Under the pieces are notes generated by a model. The model was not told the DNA's origin. It was given only the letters and a program-made list of their open reading frames with translations, and did no database searches. This document shows positions 37,027 to 46,951 of a stretch of DNA of 64,000 nucleotides, one piece after another. The translations under genes and the position numbers were made by a program. Within the stretch, counting starts at the first letter, position 1. Each line of letters starts with the position of its first letter. The DNA is from Sulfurospirillaceae bacterium (lineage in GTDB: Bacteria; Campylobacterota; Campylobacteria; Campylobacterales; Sulfurospirillaceae): assembly GCA_033723415.1 (NCBI GenBank), contig JAWVXD010000004.1, positions 64,001 to 128,000 on the forward strand. The letters run 5' to 3'.

Positions 37027-38562
37027 TTGAAATATTATAAGATTACACGAGTCTATAGTATATTTAGATTTTTGCTGAGTATCTACCTTGTCATTAAAAA
37101 AAGAGAGTTTTTTTTAGGGATTAGGGCTCTTTGTCCAAAAGCTCTCAAACAAACGATCATAGATCTAGGAGCCAGTTTTATCAAATTGGCGCAAGTGTTG
37201 GCGACAAGATCTGATTTTTTTGATGAAGAGTACATAACTGAGCTCAAAGAGTTACACGACAAACTCCCGCCTATGAAGCAGGATGAATTTGAAAAAGTAT
37301 TTAATAGGTCCTTTGGCAAAGATGCCTTTGCATCAATCGAACAAATGCCCATAGCCTCTGCTTCGATAGGCCAAGTCCATGTTGCATACACGCATGAGAA
37401 TGAAAAAGTCGCCGTCAAACTAAGACGATTTGATATCGAACGAAAAGTCAAGGCAGACATCAAGATCATCGGTTTTTTCAATTCATTGTTCAAACCGCTT
37501 TTTTCACACTATACAAAAAATTCTATAGAAGCGGTCATCAGTGAATTTTCCAAGATGATCATGCAAGAAGTCAGCTTTTCGCATGAGCTGCAAAATCTCA
37601 TTAAATTTTCACAAACCTATAAAGACAGCGGTATCAAATTTCCCACTCCACTTTGTGAGCTTTGCTGTGATGAAGCATTGGTCATGAGCTATGAAGAGGG
37701 TTTTAGATTTGATGATAAAAAAAATATCCTAAAACACAAGATAGACTTTCACTCCATCATATCCAAATTAGTCAATTTTTACACCGAGCAAATGCTCATC
37801 AACGGTTACTTTCACGCCGATCCGCATCCTGGAAATCTGCTTGTAAACAAACAAGGGGAACTCATCCTACTGGATTTTGGGATGGTAAAAACCATACCAA
37901 ACCAGACAAGAATAGCGATCATCTCACTTATAAAAGCAGCACATGAACAAGATTATGAAGCCTATATAAGCGCTTCAAAAAAACTAGGCACGATCGCTTA
38001 TGAAGCTCCTGTTTCGGAATTGGCAGAATTTACAAGCAGGATGTTTGATATATTTTCAAACAATAATCTATCCAGCGAATCGATGCAAAAACTGGCATTT
38101 GAAGTGTTGGAATCAACCAGAAATCTTCCGTTTAAACTCCCAAGTGATGCGATTTATATACTTAGAGTAAGTGCTATCATAGAGGGACTTGGAACTACAT
38201 ATATAGAAAATTTTAATGGTATAAAGGATATACTTCCTATTTTACAGCAAAACATTCCAAAGGCTCTGGGAGCCAAAGAGAGCATCATAGAAACCTTGAT
38301 AGATGAGATAAAAGATATACCGTTCATCACCAAAGATTTCAAAGCAGCGATTCGCAAAATAAGCAGTGATGAACTAAAAGTCGAGATCTCAAATGATCAA
38401 GTAGAGTGGATCAAAAAGAGTTTACATGACCAGGTCAAATCGTACGCTCTATCCTTCACTTTTATCCTAGGCGGTATTGCAGTGCTGATTTACGATAAAG
38501 ATCTCAAAGAAGTTGCTATTGGTCTTTTTGTATTTGGCATAGCAAGAATTATTTATAAGTAG
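37027..38562 (+). CDS. AarF/ABC1/UbiB-family kinase
   Basis: LGASFIKLAQ, ASASIGQVH, VAVK, FHADPHPGN, DFG. Confidence 0.92.
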   Translation: MKYYKITRVYSIFRFLLSIYLVIKKREFFLGIRALCPKALKQTIIDLGASFIKLAQVLATRSDFFDEEYITELKELHDKLPPMKQDEFEKVFNRSFGKDAFASIEQMPIASASIGQVHVAYTHENEKVAVKLRRFDIERKVKADIKIIGFFNSLFKPLFSHYTKNSIEAVISEFSKMIMQEVSFSHELQNLIKFSQTYKDSGIKFPTPLCELCCDEALVMSYEEGFRFDDKKNILKHKIDFHSIISKLVNFYTEQMLINGYFHADPHPGNLLVNKQGELILLDFGMVKTIPNQTRIAIISLIKAAHEQDYEAYISASKKLGTIAYEAPVSELAEFTSRMFDIFSNNNLSSESMQKLAFEVLESTRNLPFKLPSDAIYILRVSAIIEGLGTTYIENFNGIKDILPILQQNIPKALGAKESIIETLIDEIKDIPFITKDFKAAIRKISSDELKVEISNDQVEWIKKSLHDQVKSYALSFTFILGGIAVLIYDKDLKEVAIGLFVFGIARIIYK

Positions 38563-38584
38563 TCTAAAAATTTAAGGCGTAACA

Positions 38585-38986
38585 ATGCAGATAGAAATCT
38601 CAACTCCGGCACTTTTGTTTCCGGCAGTTTCACTTTTACTTCTTGCCTATACTAACCGCTTTTTGGCAACGGCAAGTTTGATCAGACTACTAAACTCTCA
38701 AATAAAAGATGAAGACAATTGTGAACTAACGGGACAGATCGACAATCTCAAAAAAAGACTAGAGCTCACAAAGTGGATGCAGTTTTTTGGAGTTGTATCC
38801 ATTCTACTTTGCACTATATCTATGTTTGGTTTGTTCTTAGATTATGTAGAAATCGGGAAAAAAGTTTTTGGTTTAAGTTTAGTCACTATGTGCATCTCAC
38901 TTCTCATATCTCTGTGGGAAGTTGTAATATCGACAAATGCGTTAAATCTAGAGCTTAAAAATCTAGATTCAAAATGCAAACAATGA
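38585..38986 (+). CDS. DUF2721-like membrane protein
   Basis: TPALLFPAVSLLLLAYTNRF N-terminus; three TM segments; EVxIS motif. Confidence 0.8.
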   Translation: MQIEISTPALLFPAVSLLLLAYTNRFLATASLIRLLNSQIKDEDNCELTGQIDNLKKRLELTKWMQFFGVVSILLCTISMFGLFLDYVEIGKKVFGLSLVTMCISLLISLWEVVISTNALNLELKNLDSKCKQ

Positions 38987-39003
38987 TCAGTAAAAGAGTA
39001 TAA

Positions 39004-39642
39004 ATGCTAGATTTACAACATATGCGAAGAGAATACATGAAAAGCGAGCTTGATATATCAACTGTGGATAAGAACCCCTTTGTGCAGTTTGAAAGATGGT
39101 TTTCACAAGCACTAAATTCTGAGATATCTGAACCAAACAGCATGATACTAGCAACCAGCGGAAGTGATAATATACCTAATATAAGAGCGGTGCTTTTAAA
39201 AATATTTGATGAGAGAGGCTTTGTTTTTTTTACAAATTATAACTCACAAAAAGCCAAAGAAATAAGTGAAAACCCAAATGTTGCATTAGAATTTTTATGG
39301 CTTGATCTAGAGAGACAGGTACGAATAATCGGAATATGTGAAAAAATATCGCAAAGCGAATCTATATCTTATTTTGCAAAAAGATCGCGTGGAAGCCAGC
39401 TTGGAGCTTGGATAAGCGAACAAAGCAAAATCATAAACTCCAGACAGATGCTTTTGATGCAAATCGAAAAAATGAAAGAAAAATTTAAAAATGGAAAAAT
39501 CCCTCTTCCTGATTTTTGGGGCGGATATAGAGTCATACCGCAAAAAATAGAATTTTGGCAAGGAAGAGAAGACCGGATACATGATAGAATATTATATGAA
39601 AAAAAAGACAACACATGGGAGCTAAAGAGATTAGCGCCATGA
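39004..39642 (+). CDS. pdxH: Pyridoxamine 5'-phosphate oxidase
   Basis: MRREY, RAVLLK, FFTNYNSQK, EFWQGREDRIHDR, RLAP C-terminus. Confidence 0.95.
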   Translation: MLDLQHMRREYMKSELDISTVDKNPFVQFERWFSQALNSEISEPNSMILATSGSDNIPNIRAVLLKIFDERGFVFFTNYNSQKAKEISENPNVALEFLWLDLERQVRIIGICEKISQSESISYFAKRSRGSQLGAWISEQSKIINSRQMLLMQIEKMKEKFKNGKIPLPDFWGGYRVIPQKIEFWQGREDRIHDRILYEKKDNTWELKRLAP

Positions 39643-39661
39643 GAGATGAGAGGGAAAAGAG

Positions 39662-40486
39662 ATGAAGATAGCATTAAACGGGGCATCAGGGTTTGTAGGC
39701 ACACGCTTAAGAGAGCGATTTCGTGATCATGTCATCATAGAAAAAACAGATAACGTAGATGAGATCTTGACAAAACTTGATGGTGTAGATGTCGCAATCA
39801 ATCTAGCAGGTGCACCTATCATAAAAAAATGGGATGATGAGTACAAAAAGGTTTTGATAGACAGTAGGATTGAAAGTACTCAAAAACTTGTACAAGCCGT
39901 AAATAAAAGCGACGTCAAACAACTCATCTCTACTTCTGCGATAGGTATCTATCCAAATAATGCGCCTTATGATGAATACTGCAGAGATTATGCCGATGAT
40001 TTTCTAGGAAAATTGGCACTAGCTTGGGAAGGCGAAGCAAAAAAATGCCATAAAACAACTGCTATCTTAAGACTAGGTGTTGTTTTAGGGAAAGAGGGAG
40101 GTGCTCTAAAGCAGATGTTACCGCCTTTTAAACTAGGTCTTGGCGGAACTATAGGCTATGGGAAGATGATCACCAGCTGGATCGATATAGATGATTTGAT
40201 GAACATCTACGAATTTGTCATCGAAAAACATTTAAACGGTGTCTTCAATGCCGTATCTCCGAATCCTGTTACAAATTTTGAACTAACCAAAACATTGGGG
40301 AAAGTCTTGTTTAGACCGACTTTTTTACCTCTTCCTGAGTCATTTTTAAATGTAATGTTTGGAGAAGCTGCAAGTGTCGTAACTGATTCGAAAGAAGTTT
40401 ATCCAAAATTTTTGCAAGAATTACAGTTCAAGTTTTCATATCCGGATATAAAATCTTCTTTGATGCATTTGCTGAAGAATAAGTAA
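39662..40486 (+). CDS. TIGR01777-family NAD-dependent epimerase (YfcH-like)
   Basis: GASGFVG, INLAGAPI, RLGVVLGKEGGAL, GLGG, SWIDIDD. Confidence 0.88.
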   Translation: MKIALNGASGFVGTRLRERFRDHVIIEKTDNVDEILTKLDGVDVAINLAGAPIIKKWDDEYKKVLIDSRIESTQKLVQAVNKSDVKQLISTSAIGIYPNNAPYDEYCRDYADDFLGKLALAWEGEAKKCHKTTAILRLGVVLGKEGGALKQMLPPFKLGLGGTIGYGKMITSWIDIDDLMNIYEFVIEKHLNGVFNAVSPNPVTNFELTKTLGKVLFRPTFLPLPESFLNVMFGEAASVVTDSKEVYPKFLQELQFKFSYPDIKSSLMHLLKNK

Positions 40487-40487
40487 A

Positions 40488-41306
40488 TTAATTTTCTTGA
40501 GGAAAATCTGTAAAGACTGATTTGACTCCCCAATTAAAGAGCTTTTCTATGTCTGATCTTTTATTGACCGTATAGACGTTTACAAAAAATCCTGCATTGT
40601 TTAGCTTTTTTACCAAGGTCTCATCCGTAATATCAAAGTCCGGATTGTAACTTTTTACATGCAAGCCCTTTAGGTACTCAACAAGATTTGCAGGATGATG
40701 ATCCTCCTGTAAAGCAGCTATCTCTATGTCAGGGGCAAGATCATGTATCTGTTTTAAGTACTCATGATTAAATGATGATATACAGACCATATCTTTCATA
40801 TTGTGCTTTTCAACTATCTTCAACACTTCCTTTGCTGCTATCTCATCAAATCGAGTCTCTTTTGCATCTTTTATCTCGATATTTGCGATCATTTTGTTTT
40901 TTTTCAAGAAAGCCAGCAACTCATCAAGAGTCAATATCCTCTGGATATCCAGCTTATCTAATTCTGATTTTAAACCTTCGTCTTTTTTAATAGTACCGAA
41001 TGGATCTTCTTTTACAAACCAAGAGCCAAAATCCAGCTTCAACAGCTGTGCATAATCATAATCTACAACATTGTAAGGCGCTTTGAATTCTTTATGATCT
41101 CTCACATCACTGGTACGCTCTAGCGTGTCGTCATGTATGATTACAGCGACTCCATCGCGGCTAAATCCTACATCGAACTCTACCATGTCACATTTGCCTA
41201 AAGATTGGACAAATGCCGACATAGTATTTTCTGCTCTTATGGATCTAGCTCCACGATGAGCGATTATGAGATGTTTGTCTTTTTCAAAATTATCCCAAAA
41301 ATTCAT
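40488..41306 (-). CDS. Cytoplasmic glycerophosphodiester phosphodiesterase (GlpQ/UgpQ family)
   Basis: IIAHRGA, ENT, EFDV, HDDTLERT, NIEIK, ISSF, YTVN, FTDFP. Confidence 0.93.
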   Translation of the reverse strand: MNFWDNFEKDKHLIIAHRGARSIRAENTMSAFVQSLGKCDMVEFDVGFSRDGVAVIIHDDTLERTSDVRDHKEFKAPYNVVDYDYAQLLKLDFGSWFVKEDPFGTIKKDEGLKSELDKLDIQRILTLDELLAFLKKNKMIANIEIKDAKETRFDEIAAKEVLKIVEKHNMKDMVCISSFNHEYLKQIHDLAPDIEIAALQEDHHPANLVEYLKGLHVKSYNPDFDITDETLVKKLNNAGFFVNVYTVNKRSDIEKLFNWGVKSVFTDFPQEN

Positions 41307-41307
41307 C

Positions 41308-42165
41308 TTAACCTTGCTCTTTTTTTGTGAAAAACAGATTCATAACCGCCATGATCGAAGTCGTTACTATCAGTAAGAAAGATATGGCATTTATGATAGG
41401 GGTACTTCCATCACGCACTTGGAGGTAAAGATTTATAGGTAAAGTCGTGTCTGATCCGACCAAGAATAACGTCGTATTGAAGTTTTCAAAACTCATCAAA
41501 AACGCAACTGCTCCGGCACCTATGAGAGCCGGTTTTAGAAACGGTAAGATTATCAATCTGATCGTGTCAAATCTATTAGCGCCGAGATTCAAGGCAGCTT
41601 CTGAGAGCGAATTGTCAAACTTTTTGAGCCTTGCCGAAACTACAAGAAGCACAAAAGTAGATATAAATGAAAACTGACCTATAACGACCAGCCAAAAACT
41701 AGGTCTCAAGATACTAACATCTATACCAAATTTATTTTCGATATAAGTTCCTGCGCTGTTGGTCGCTAAAAGTAAAGAGATACCAAGTATGACTCCCGGT
41801 ATGACTAAAGGAGCTAAAGCCAAGAAATACAAGCCTTGCTTAAATCTAAAATTTTCTCTCTCAAACAAAAATGCACCGACTGTTCCCATGACAAGCGAGA
41901 ATATAGAAACAAAGAACGCTGTCTGTAAACTCACAAAAATACTCTGCAAGCTATTTGCATCATGTATCAATCCTACACGGTCTTTTGTATTTGCTAAGAA
42001 CCAATCCAGAGAAAATCCTTTCCATGGCAGGGAAGGAAAATCCGAATTGTTAAACGCCAAGATACAGGTCACTACAAGTGGAGCAAATAAAAATATATAA
42101 AAAGCTATGATGTAAATCAGAAAAGTAGTATTGTACTTTTTACTTCTAGGTAAAGTTCTTATCAT
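41308..42165 (-). CDS. ABC permease, PotC-like
   Basis: EAALNLGA loop; PLVIPGVILG; TTLP. Confidence 0.88.
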   Translation of the reverse strand: MIRTLPRSKKYNTTFLIYIIAFYIFLFAPLVVTCILAFNNSDFPSLPWKGFSLDWFLANTKDRVGLIHDANSLQSIFVSLQTAFFVSIFSLVMGTVGAFLFERENFRFKQGLYFLALAPLVIPGVILGISLLLATNSAGTYIENKFGIDVSILRPSFWLVVIGQFSFISTFVLLVVSARLKKFDNSLSEAALNLGANRFDTIRLIILPFLKPALIGAGAVAFLMSFENFNTTLFLVGSDTTLPINLYLQVRDGSTPIINAISFLLIVTTSIMAVMNLFFTKKEQG

Positions 42166-43019
42166 GACAGAGCCTTTGTTAGGTTTTGTCGGCTAATTTT
42201 TAGGCCAACCCAAATGATGAATGATGACAAGACTAAAAGCAAGAATCCAAAAGCTGCACCTTGATTCCAGTTAAAGCTTGCGATAAATTGATTGTAGATC
42301 TGTTCAGTAAACCAAAGAGAATTTTTGCCGCCCATGAGATTTGGTGTCAGATAGTTGCCCAATGTCAACATAAAGACGACAATAGAGCCTGAAACGATAC
42401 CCGGAGCAGCATATGGAATGATGATCTTAAAGAATATAATAAACTTTGAAGCACCCAGATCAAGGGCCGCTTCGACATAACTATCATCCATACCCTCAAG
42501 CGAAGATATCAGAGGTACGACCATAAACAGCATGGAAGTATAAACAAGTCCCATAACCATGGTCACGTCATTGTAAAGCATCTCAATCGGCTGGTGTATC
42601 AGTCCGAACTTCATCAAGAAATAATTTATAACTCCACTTTCCCTGAGCAGGATCATCCAGCCGTAAACTCTTACAAGCTCACTTACCCAAAATGGCATCA
42701 GCAGCAGTATCGTCAAGAATCCTTTGTATTTAGGAGAAACGACTTTGGTTATATAAAATGCTATAGGGAACGTGACGACAAACGTCAAAAATGTAACGAG
42801 TATTGAATATATCGCGGTTCTTGCAAAAGTATACCAATACACTCTTTCAGTAAAAAATTCACGATAATTTTCCAAACTCCAGACCAAATTTCCAGCATCG
42901 TTTTCAAACTTTAACGACATTAAGAATAAATCGATTTGCGGTAGAACTATAAGTAGAAACAGCCACAGAAAAACAGGGATAAAAAATATAAAAAACCCTA
43001 GTTTTATATGCTTTTTCAT
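42162..43019 (-). CDS. ABC permease, PotB-like
   Basis: PFWVSELVRVYGW; EAALDLGA; FNWNQGAA. Confidence 0.88.
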   Translation of the reverse strand: MKKHIKLGFFIFFIPVFLWLFLLIVLPQIDLFLMSLKFENDAGNLVWSLENYREFFTERVYWYTFARTAIYSILVTFLTFVVTFPIAFYITKVVSPKYKGFLTILLLMPFWVSELVRVYGWMILLRESGVINYFLMKFGLIHQPIEMLYNDVTMVMGLVYTSMLFMVVPLISSLEGMDDSYVEAALDLGASKFIIFFKIIIPYAAPGIVSGSIVVFMLTLGNYLTPNLMGGKNSLWFTEQIYNQFIASFNWNQGAAFGFLLLVLSSFIIWVGLKISRQNLTKALS

Positions 43020-44083
43020 ACTTTATAACACTTACAATCTTCTTGATGGACACCAGCGTGTACGATGTCATCTTTTTGAATATGTGAAAATTCTCTGTTT
43101 TGAGGCAATGAAACCATTATCTCATGGTTATTATCCAAGAAAGTTGCCAATATTTTTGTATTTGAGCCGTCAAATAGTATGGTTTTAACTTTCAGATCAA
43201 AATAGTTCATATCACTAACACCGGATTTTGGAAACAAAGCAATAGCTTCAGGTCGCACAAATAGAGTACATTCCTTTTCGATATCTTCATCTATAAACAC
43301 AGATAGAAAATGAAGTCCTTCTTTTGTCTTTACTGAGCTTGAACTTTCTCTGAACGCTTCAAATTTATTTGTCTCACCGACAAAACCTGCTACAAAACTT
43401 GTCTTTGGATTTGCATATAAATTTTGTGGAGTGTCGATCTGCTCTAATTTTCCTTTATTCATAACAGCGACCTTATCGCTCATGACAAGAGCTTCTGATT
43501 GATCATGTGTTATATAGATGAAGGTCGTACCTATCTCATTTTGCAATTTTTTCAATTCTATCTTCATCTGCTCTCTAAGCTTTAGATCCAACGCACCTAA
43601 AGGCTCGTCCAAAAGCAGTATCGAAGGAGATAGAACAAGTGATCTAGCGATCGCAACTCTCTGCTTTTGACCGCCGGAGAGTTCTTGTACGTTTTGTTTT
43701 TGATAACCTCTAAGCTGGACTCTATCCAACATCGACTCGACTCTTTTTTTTATCTCTGCTTTGCTGACATTTTGGCGTTTAAGTCCAAACGCTACATTTT
43801 CTTCCACGCTCATCATAGGGAAAAGCGCCAAGTTTTGAAAAACAAGATTTACAGGTCTTTTGTTCGGCGACACACCTATCATCTCTTCGCCGTTTATCAA
43901 AATATTTCCTGAAGTTGGTTCTAAAAACCCGGCAATCATTCTGAGTAAAGTTGTCTTTCCACAGCCTGATGGTCCTAGTATTGAAAAAAACTTACCCTCT
44001 TCTACTTGAAAATTCACGCCGTCAACCGCTTTGAATTTTCCGAAACTTTTTTTGAGATCGATTATCTCTAAAACATTTTGCAT
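43016..44083 (-). CDS. ABC ATP-binding protein, PotA-like
   Basis: GPSGCGKT, LSGGQKQR, LLLDEPLGALD, THDQSEA; C-terminal TOBE-like region. Confidence 0.92.
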   Translation of the reverse strand: MQNVLEIIDLKKSFGKFKAVDGVNFQVEEGKFFSILGPSGCGKTTLLRMIAGFLEPTSGNILINGEEMIGVSPNKRPVNLVFQNLALFPMMSVEENVAFGLKRQNVSKAEIKKRVESMLDRVQLRGYQKQNVQELSGGQKQRVAIARSLVLSPSILLLDEPLGALDLKLREQMKIELKKLQNEIGTTFIYITHDQSEALVMSDKVAVMNKGKLEQIDTPQNLYANPKTSFVAGFVGETNKFEAFRESSSSVKTKEGLHFLSVFIDEDIEKECTLFVRPEAIALFPKSGVSDMNYFDLKVKTILFDGSNTKILATFLDNNHEIMVSLPQNREFSHIQKDDIVHAGVHQEDCKCYKV

Positions 44084-44098
44084 ATATTATCCTGAAGA

Positions 44099-44120
44099 AA
44101 AGGGGATATAAATCCCCTTT
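44099..44120 (-). terminator. Hairpin between the binding-protein and ATPase genes
   Basis: AAAGGGGAT-ATAA-ATCCCCTTT inverted repeat; U-run follows on the minus strand. Confidence 0.6.
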
Positions 44121-44126
44121 GTTGTT

Positions 44127-45188
44127 TTATTGTGCTGATTTTACTATATCTAAAATTTTGCCTTCTATCTTTTCAAGCTTTGCTGGAACCGGCGGATACC
44201 ATTTGATATTGTCGATATCTGCTTTTGTAAAAGTTCTCTCAAAGTTATCTTTTTTCTCTGGACTTAGAAGTTTGATAGCTCCATTTGATGCAGTACCATA
44301 ACCTTGATCATTTGTGAAATAAGCTGCATTTTCAGGCTTTAACATAAAGTTGATCCACTTATAAGCAGCTGATACGTTCTTTGATTTTGCAGGTATTGCA
44401 AATGTATCAATCCAACCTAATGCTCCACTTTTTGGTGCAACAAAGTCGATATCCGGATTTTCTTTGTGCAGCTTCCAGCCGCCTCCGTCCCAACCCATAG
44501 CAACAGTAACTTCGCCGCTTCTTAACATACTTAAAAGTGCATCTCCGTTTGCCCAGTAGTTGTTTACTAAAGGCTTAGCTTTGATCAAGTCTTTACCTAC
44601 TGAATCCATAAGTTTTGCGTACGCTTTTGAGTTAGAGTATTTTGCAAACGGATCATCACCTTTTGCAAATGCTATAGCTATAAGAGTAGGTCTTTTCAAT
44701 CTATATGAGATCTTACCTTTGTATTTTGGATTTAAAAGATCACTATAATCTTTTGCATCAGGTGCAAGTTTTTTGTTTACGATCAATCCTGAAGTACCAT
44801 AACAAAATGGAACAGCGTAAGATTTACCTCTAACTTTTGTATTTTTCTGAACTGCTTTTAGCATAGATGGAATAAACTCTGCCGTGTCTATTTTTGAATA
44901 ATCCATAGGCTTGTATATCTTATATTTTGCCTGAACTGAACTGATTCTGTCTTGTGAAGGCTGAGCCAAATCAAAACCACCACCTCTAGTTGCTCTAAGT
45001 TTAGCTATCATTTCCTCATTGTTTGAGTATGTAAGCTCAACTTTTATACCTGTTTGCTTTTCAAACTTCGTAACTAACGCTTGAGGTGCATACCCTTTCC
45101 AAGTAAGTATCCTCAGTGTTTGTTGCGCCATCAAACTGCCGCTACATACAATAGTTGCTGCAATAGCAACGCTGGTTAATCTCTTCAT
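44127..45188 (-). CDS. Periplasmic solute-binding protein, PotD-like
   Basis: Signal peptide; LTWKGY, FEKQTGIKV, SNNEEMIAKL, PKSGALGWID, AYKWINF. Confidence 0.88.
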   Translation of the reverse strand: MKRLTSVAIAATIVCSGSLMAQQTLRILTWKGYAPQALVTKFEKQTGIKVELTYSNNEEMIAKLRATRGGGFDLAQPSQDRISSVQAKYKIYKPMDYSKIDTAEFIPSMLKAVQKNTKVRGKSYAVPFCYGTSGLIVNKKLAPDAKDYSDLLNPKYKGKISYRLKRPTLIAIAFAKGDDPFAKYSNSKAYAKLMDSVGKDLIKAKPLVNNYWANGDALLSMLRSGEVTVAMGWDGGGWKLHKENPDIDFVAPKSGALGWIDTFAIPAKSKNVSAAYKWINFMLKPENAAYFTNDQGYGTASNGAIKLLSPEKKDNFERTFTKADIDNIKWYPPVPAKLEKIEGKILDIVKSAQ

Positions 45189-45256
45189 TTTTTCTCCTAA
45201 GTAAAATTTAATTTATTATACTAAAAAAGGATAACATAATAGTTACAAAAACTGAT

Positions 45257-46834
45257 CTAAATGCTATTATCCAATATCAACTTAGCCGATTGTAACTTTT
45301 TTGCATATACCTCATCACTCCAAGAAAACTTTTCTCTCAAAACAAGGGTAACTGCTTCTAAACTTTTTTTAGCAGCTTCAATATCTATCAATCCTAAATT
45401 TGAACGACGGACTATAAAATCCAAAGGCTCTTTTACGAACTCAAACTCTATGGCATAATAAACTTCGGCGATCAAATACTCATACTCTTCATGTAGTTTT
45501 TCTTGTCCATATTTATCTATAAAATCAACAACCTCTAGGGAAAGTGATCCATACGTCTCTACAAGATGTTGTTTTATTTTTATGTCTAGCTGCAGAGGTT
45601 CTATCTGTTCTTTGATCTTTTTTATATCCTGCTCACTACCTGAAAGTTTATAATTTTTTGTTTCACACTCTTTTAGATTTTTATATTGTGCTGTTTGTTG
45701 TATATAATCAACCAATTCTTCTGCCATTCTTCTATAACTTGTCCACTTACCCCCTGCAATACTTATAAGTCCGGAATCAGAAGTAGTTATAAAATGCTCT
45801 CTGACCAGCTCTTTGGTATCACTGACATTTTCACTCAGCACTAAGGGTCTAAGACCTGACCAACAAGAGAGAATGTCACTTTTTTGGATATCTATAGAAA
45901 AATATTTTTTCACATGACGCAAAAGATACTCTATCTCTTCTTCACTTACTTTTGGATGTTCTTGAACGGTTGATTTTTCATCAGTTGTCCCGACCAAACA
46001 TTTACCAAGATAAGGAAGCATAAAAAGTACTCTTCCGTCTTCTGTTTGTGGGATCATCAAGCCCTCATCATTAGGCAAAAACTTTTTGTCCAAGATGATG
46101 TGTATACCGGAACTTGGCTCTACAAGATCTTTAACAGATCTATCATCAAGTCGTCTTATCTCGTCACAAAATACGCCTGTTGCATTTACCACAATATCTG
46201 CGTCAATATCGTAGACCTCATCTGTGATCTTATCTTTTACACTGACGCCAACGATCTTCTTATCATTATATTTAAAATTTAATACTTCAGTATAATTTCT
46301 TACATCACAGCCTTTTTCTTTGGCACTTTGAAGTAAGGCTATGGTCATCCTTGAGTCGTTAAAAGCACCGTCATAATATCTAACTCCACCCTTTAGACCC
46401 TCTTTTTTAACAGACGGAAATATCTCCATGATCTCTTTTTTGCCGACAATTTGAGTTCTTCCTAAACTTTGTTTGCCTGAAACAAAATCATAGATACTTA
46501 GTCCTGCAAATAGATAAGGGATTTCATACCATTTGTATAGAGGTGTTACAAGAGTGATTTTGCGTGAAAGGTGAGAAGCATTTTTTAAAAATAGATCTCG
46601 CTCATATAAACCTTCTTTTACTAGATTATATTGAGCTAAATCGAGTGATTTTATGGCGGCTTCCAAGTATCTTACTCCGCCGTGCACCAACTTGGTACTT
46701 CTACTGCTAGTGCCTTCTGAGAAATCATTTTTCTCTAATACTAAAGTTTTGAGTCCTCTTAATGTAGCATCTAGAGCAATACCTGAGCCGGTAGCCCCAC
46801 CACCAATAATAATAAGATCATATTTTTTATGCAT
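45257..46834 (-). CDS. glpD: FAD-dependent glycerol-3-phosphate dehydrogenase
   Basis: IGGGATG, GTSSRSTKLVHGGVRYL, VGTTD, SGLRPL, GGKWTSYR. Confidence 0.93.
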   Translation of the reverse strand: MHKKYDLIIIGGGATGSGIALDATLRGLKTLVLEKNDFSEGTSSRSTKLVHGGVRYLEAAIKSLDLAQYNLVKEGLYERDLFLKNASHLSRKITLVTPLYKWYEIPYLFAGLSIYDFVSGKQSLGRTQIVGKKEIMEIFPSVKKEGLKGGVRYYDGAFNDSRMTIALLQSAKEKGCDVRNYTEVLNFKYNDKKIVGVSVKDKITDEVYDIDADIVVNATGVFCDEIRRLDDRSVKDLVEPSSGIHIILDKKFLPNDEGLMIPQTEDGRVLFMLPYLGKCLVGTTDEKSTVQEHPKVSEEEIEYLLRHVKKYFSIDIQKSDILSCWSGLRPLVLSENVSDTKELVREHFITTSDSGLISIAGGKWTSYRRMAEELVDYIQQTAQYKNLKECETKNYKLSGSEQDIKKIKEQIEPLQLDIKIKQHLVETYGSLSLEVVDFIDKYGQEKLHEEYEYLIAEVYYAIEFEFVKEPLDFIVRRSNLGLIDIEAAKKSLEAVTLVLREKFSWSDEVYAKKLQSAKLILDNSI

Positions 46835-46951
46835 TATAAACTTTTATATAAAATTTTTGAGAATATTAGCTTAAATTTGCTTTGTCTACCCTTTAAACTT
46901 TTCCTTAAATTTGTAATGTTTTTGTTATTAAAACTTGATATGATTTAGTTT

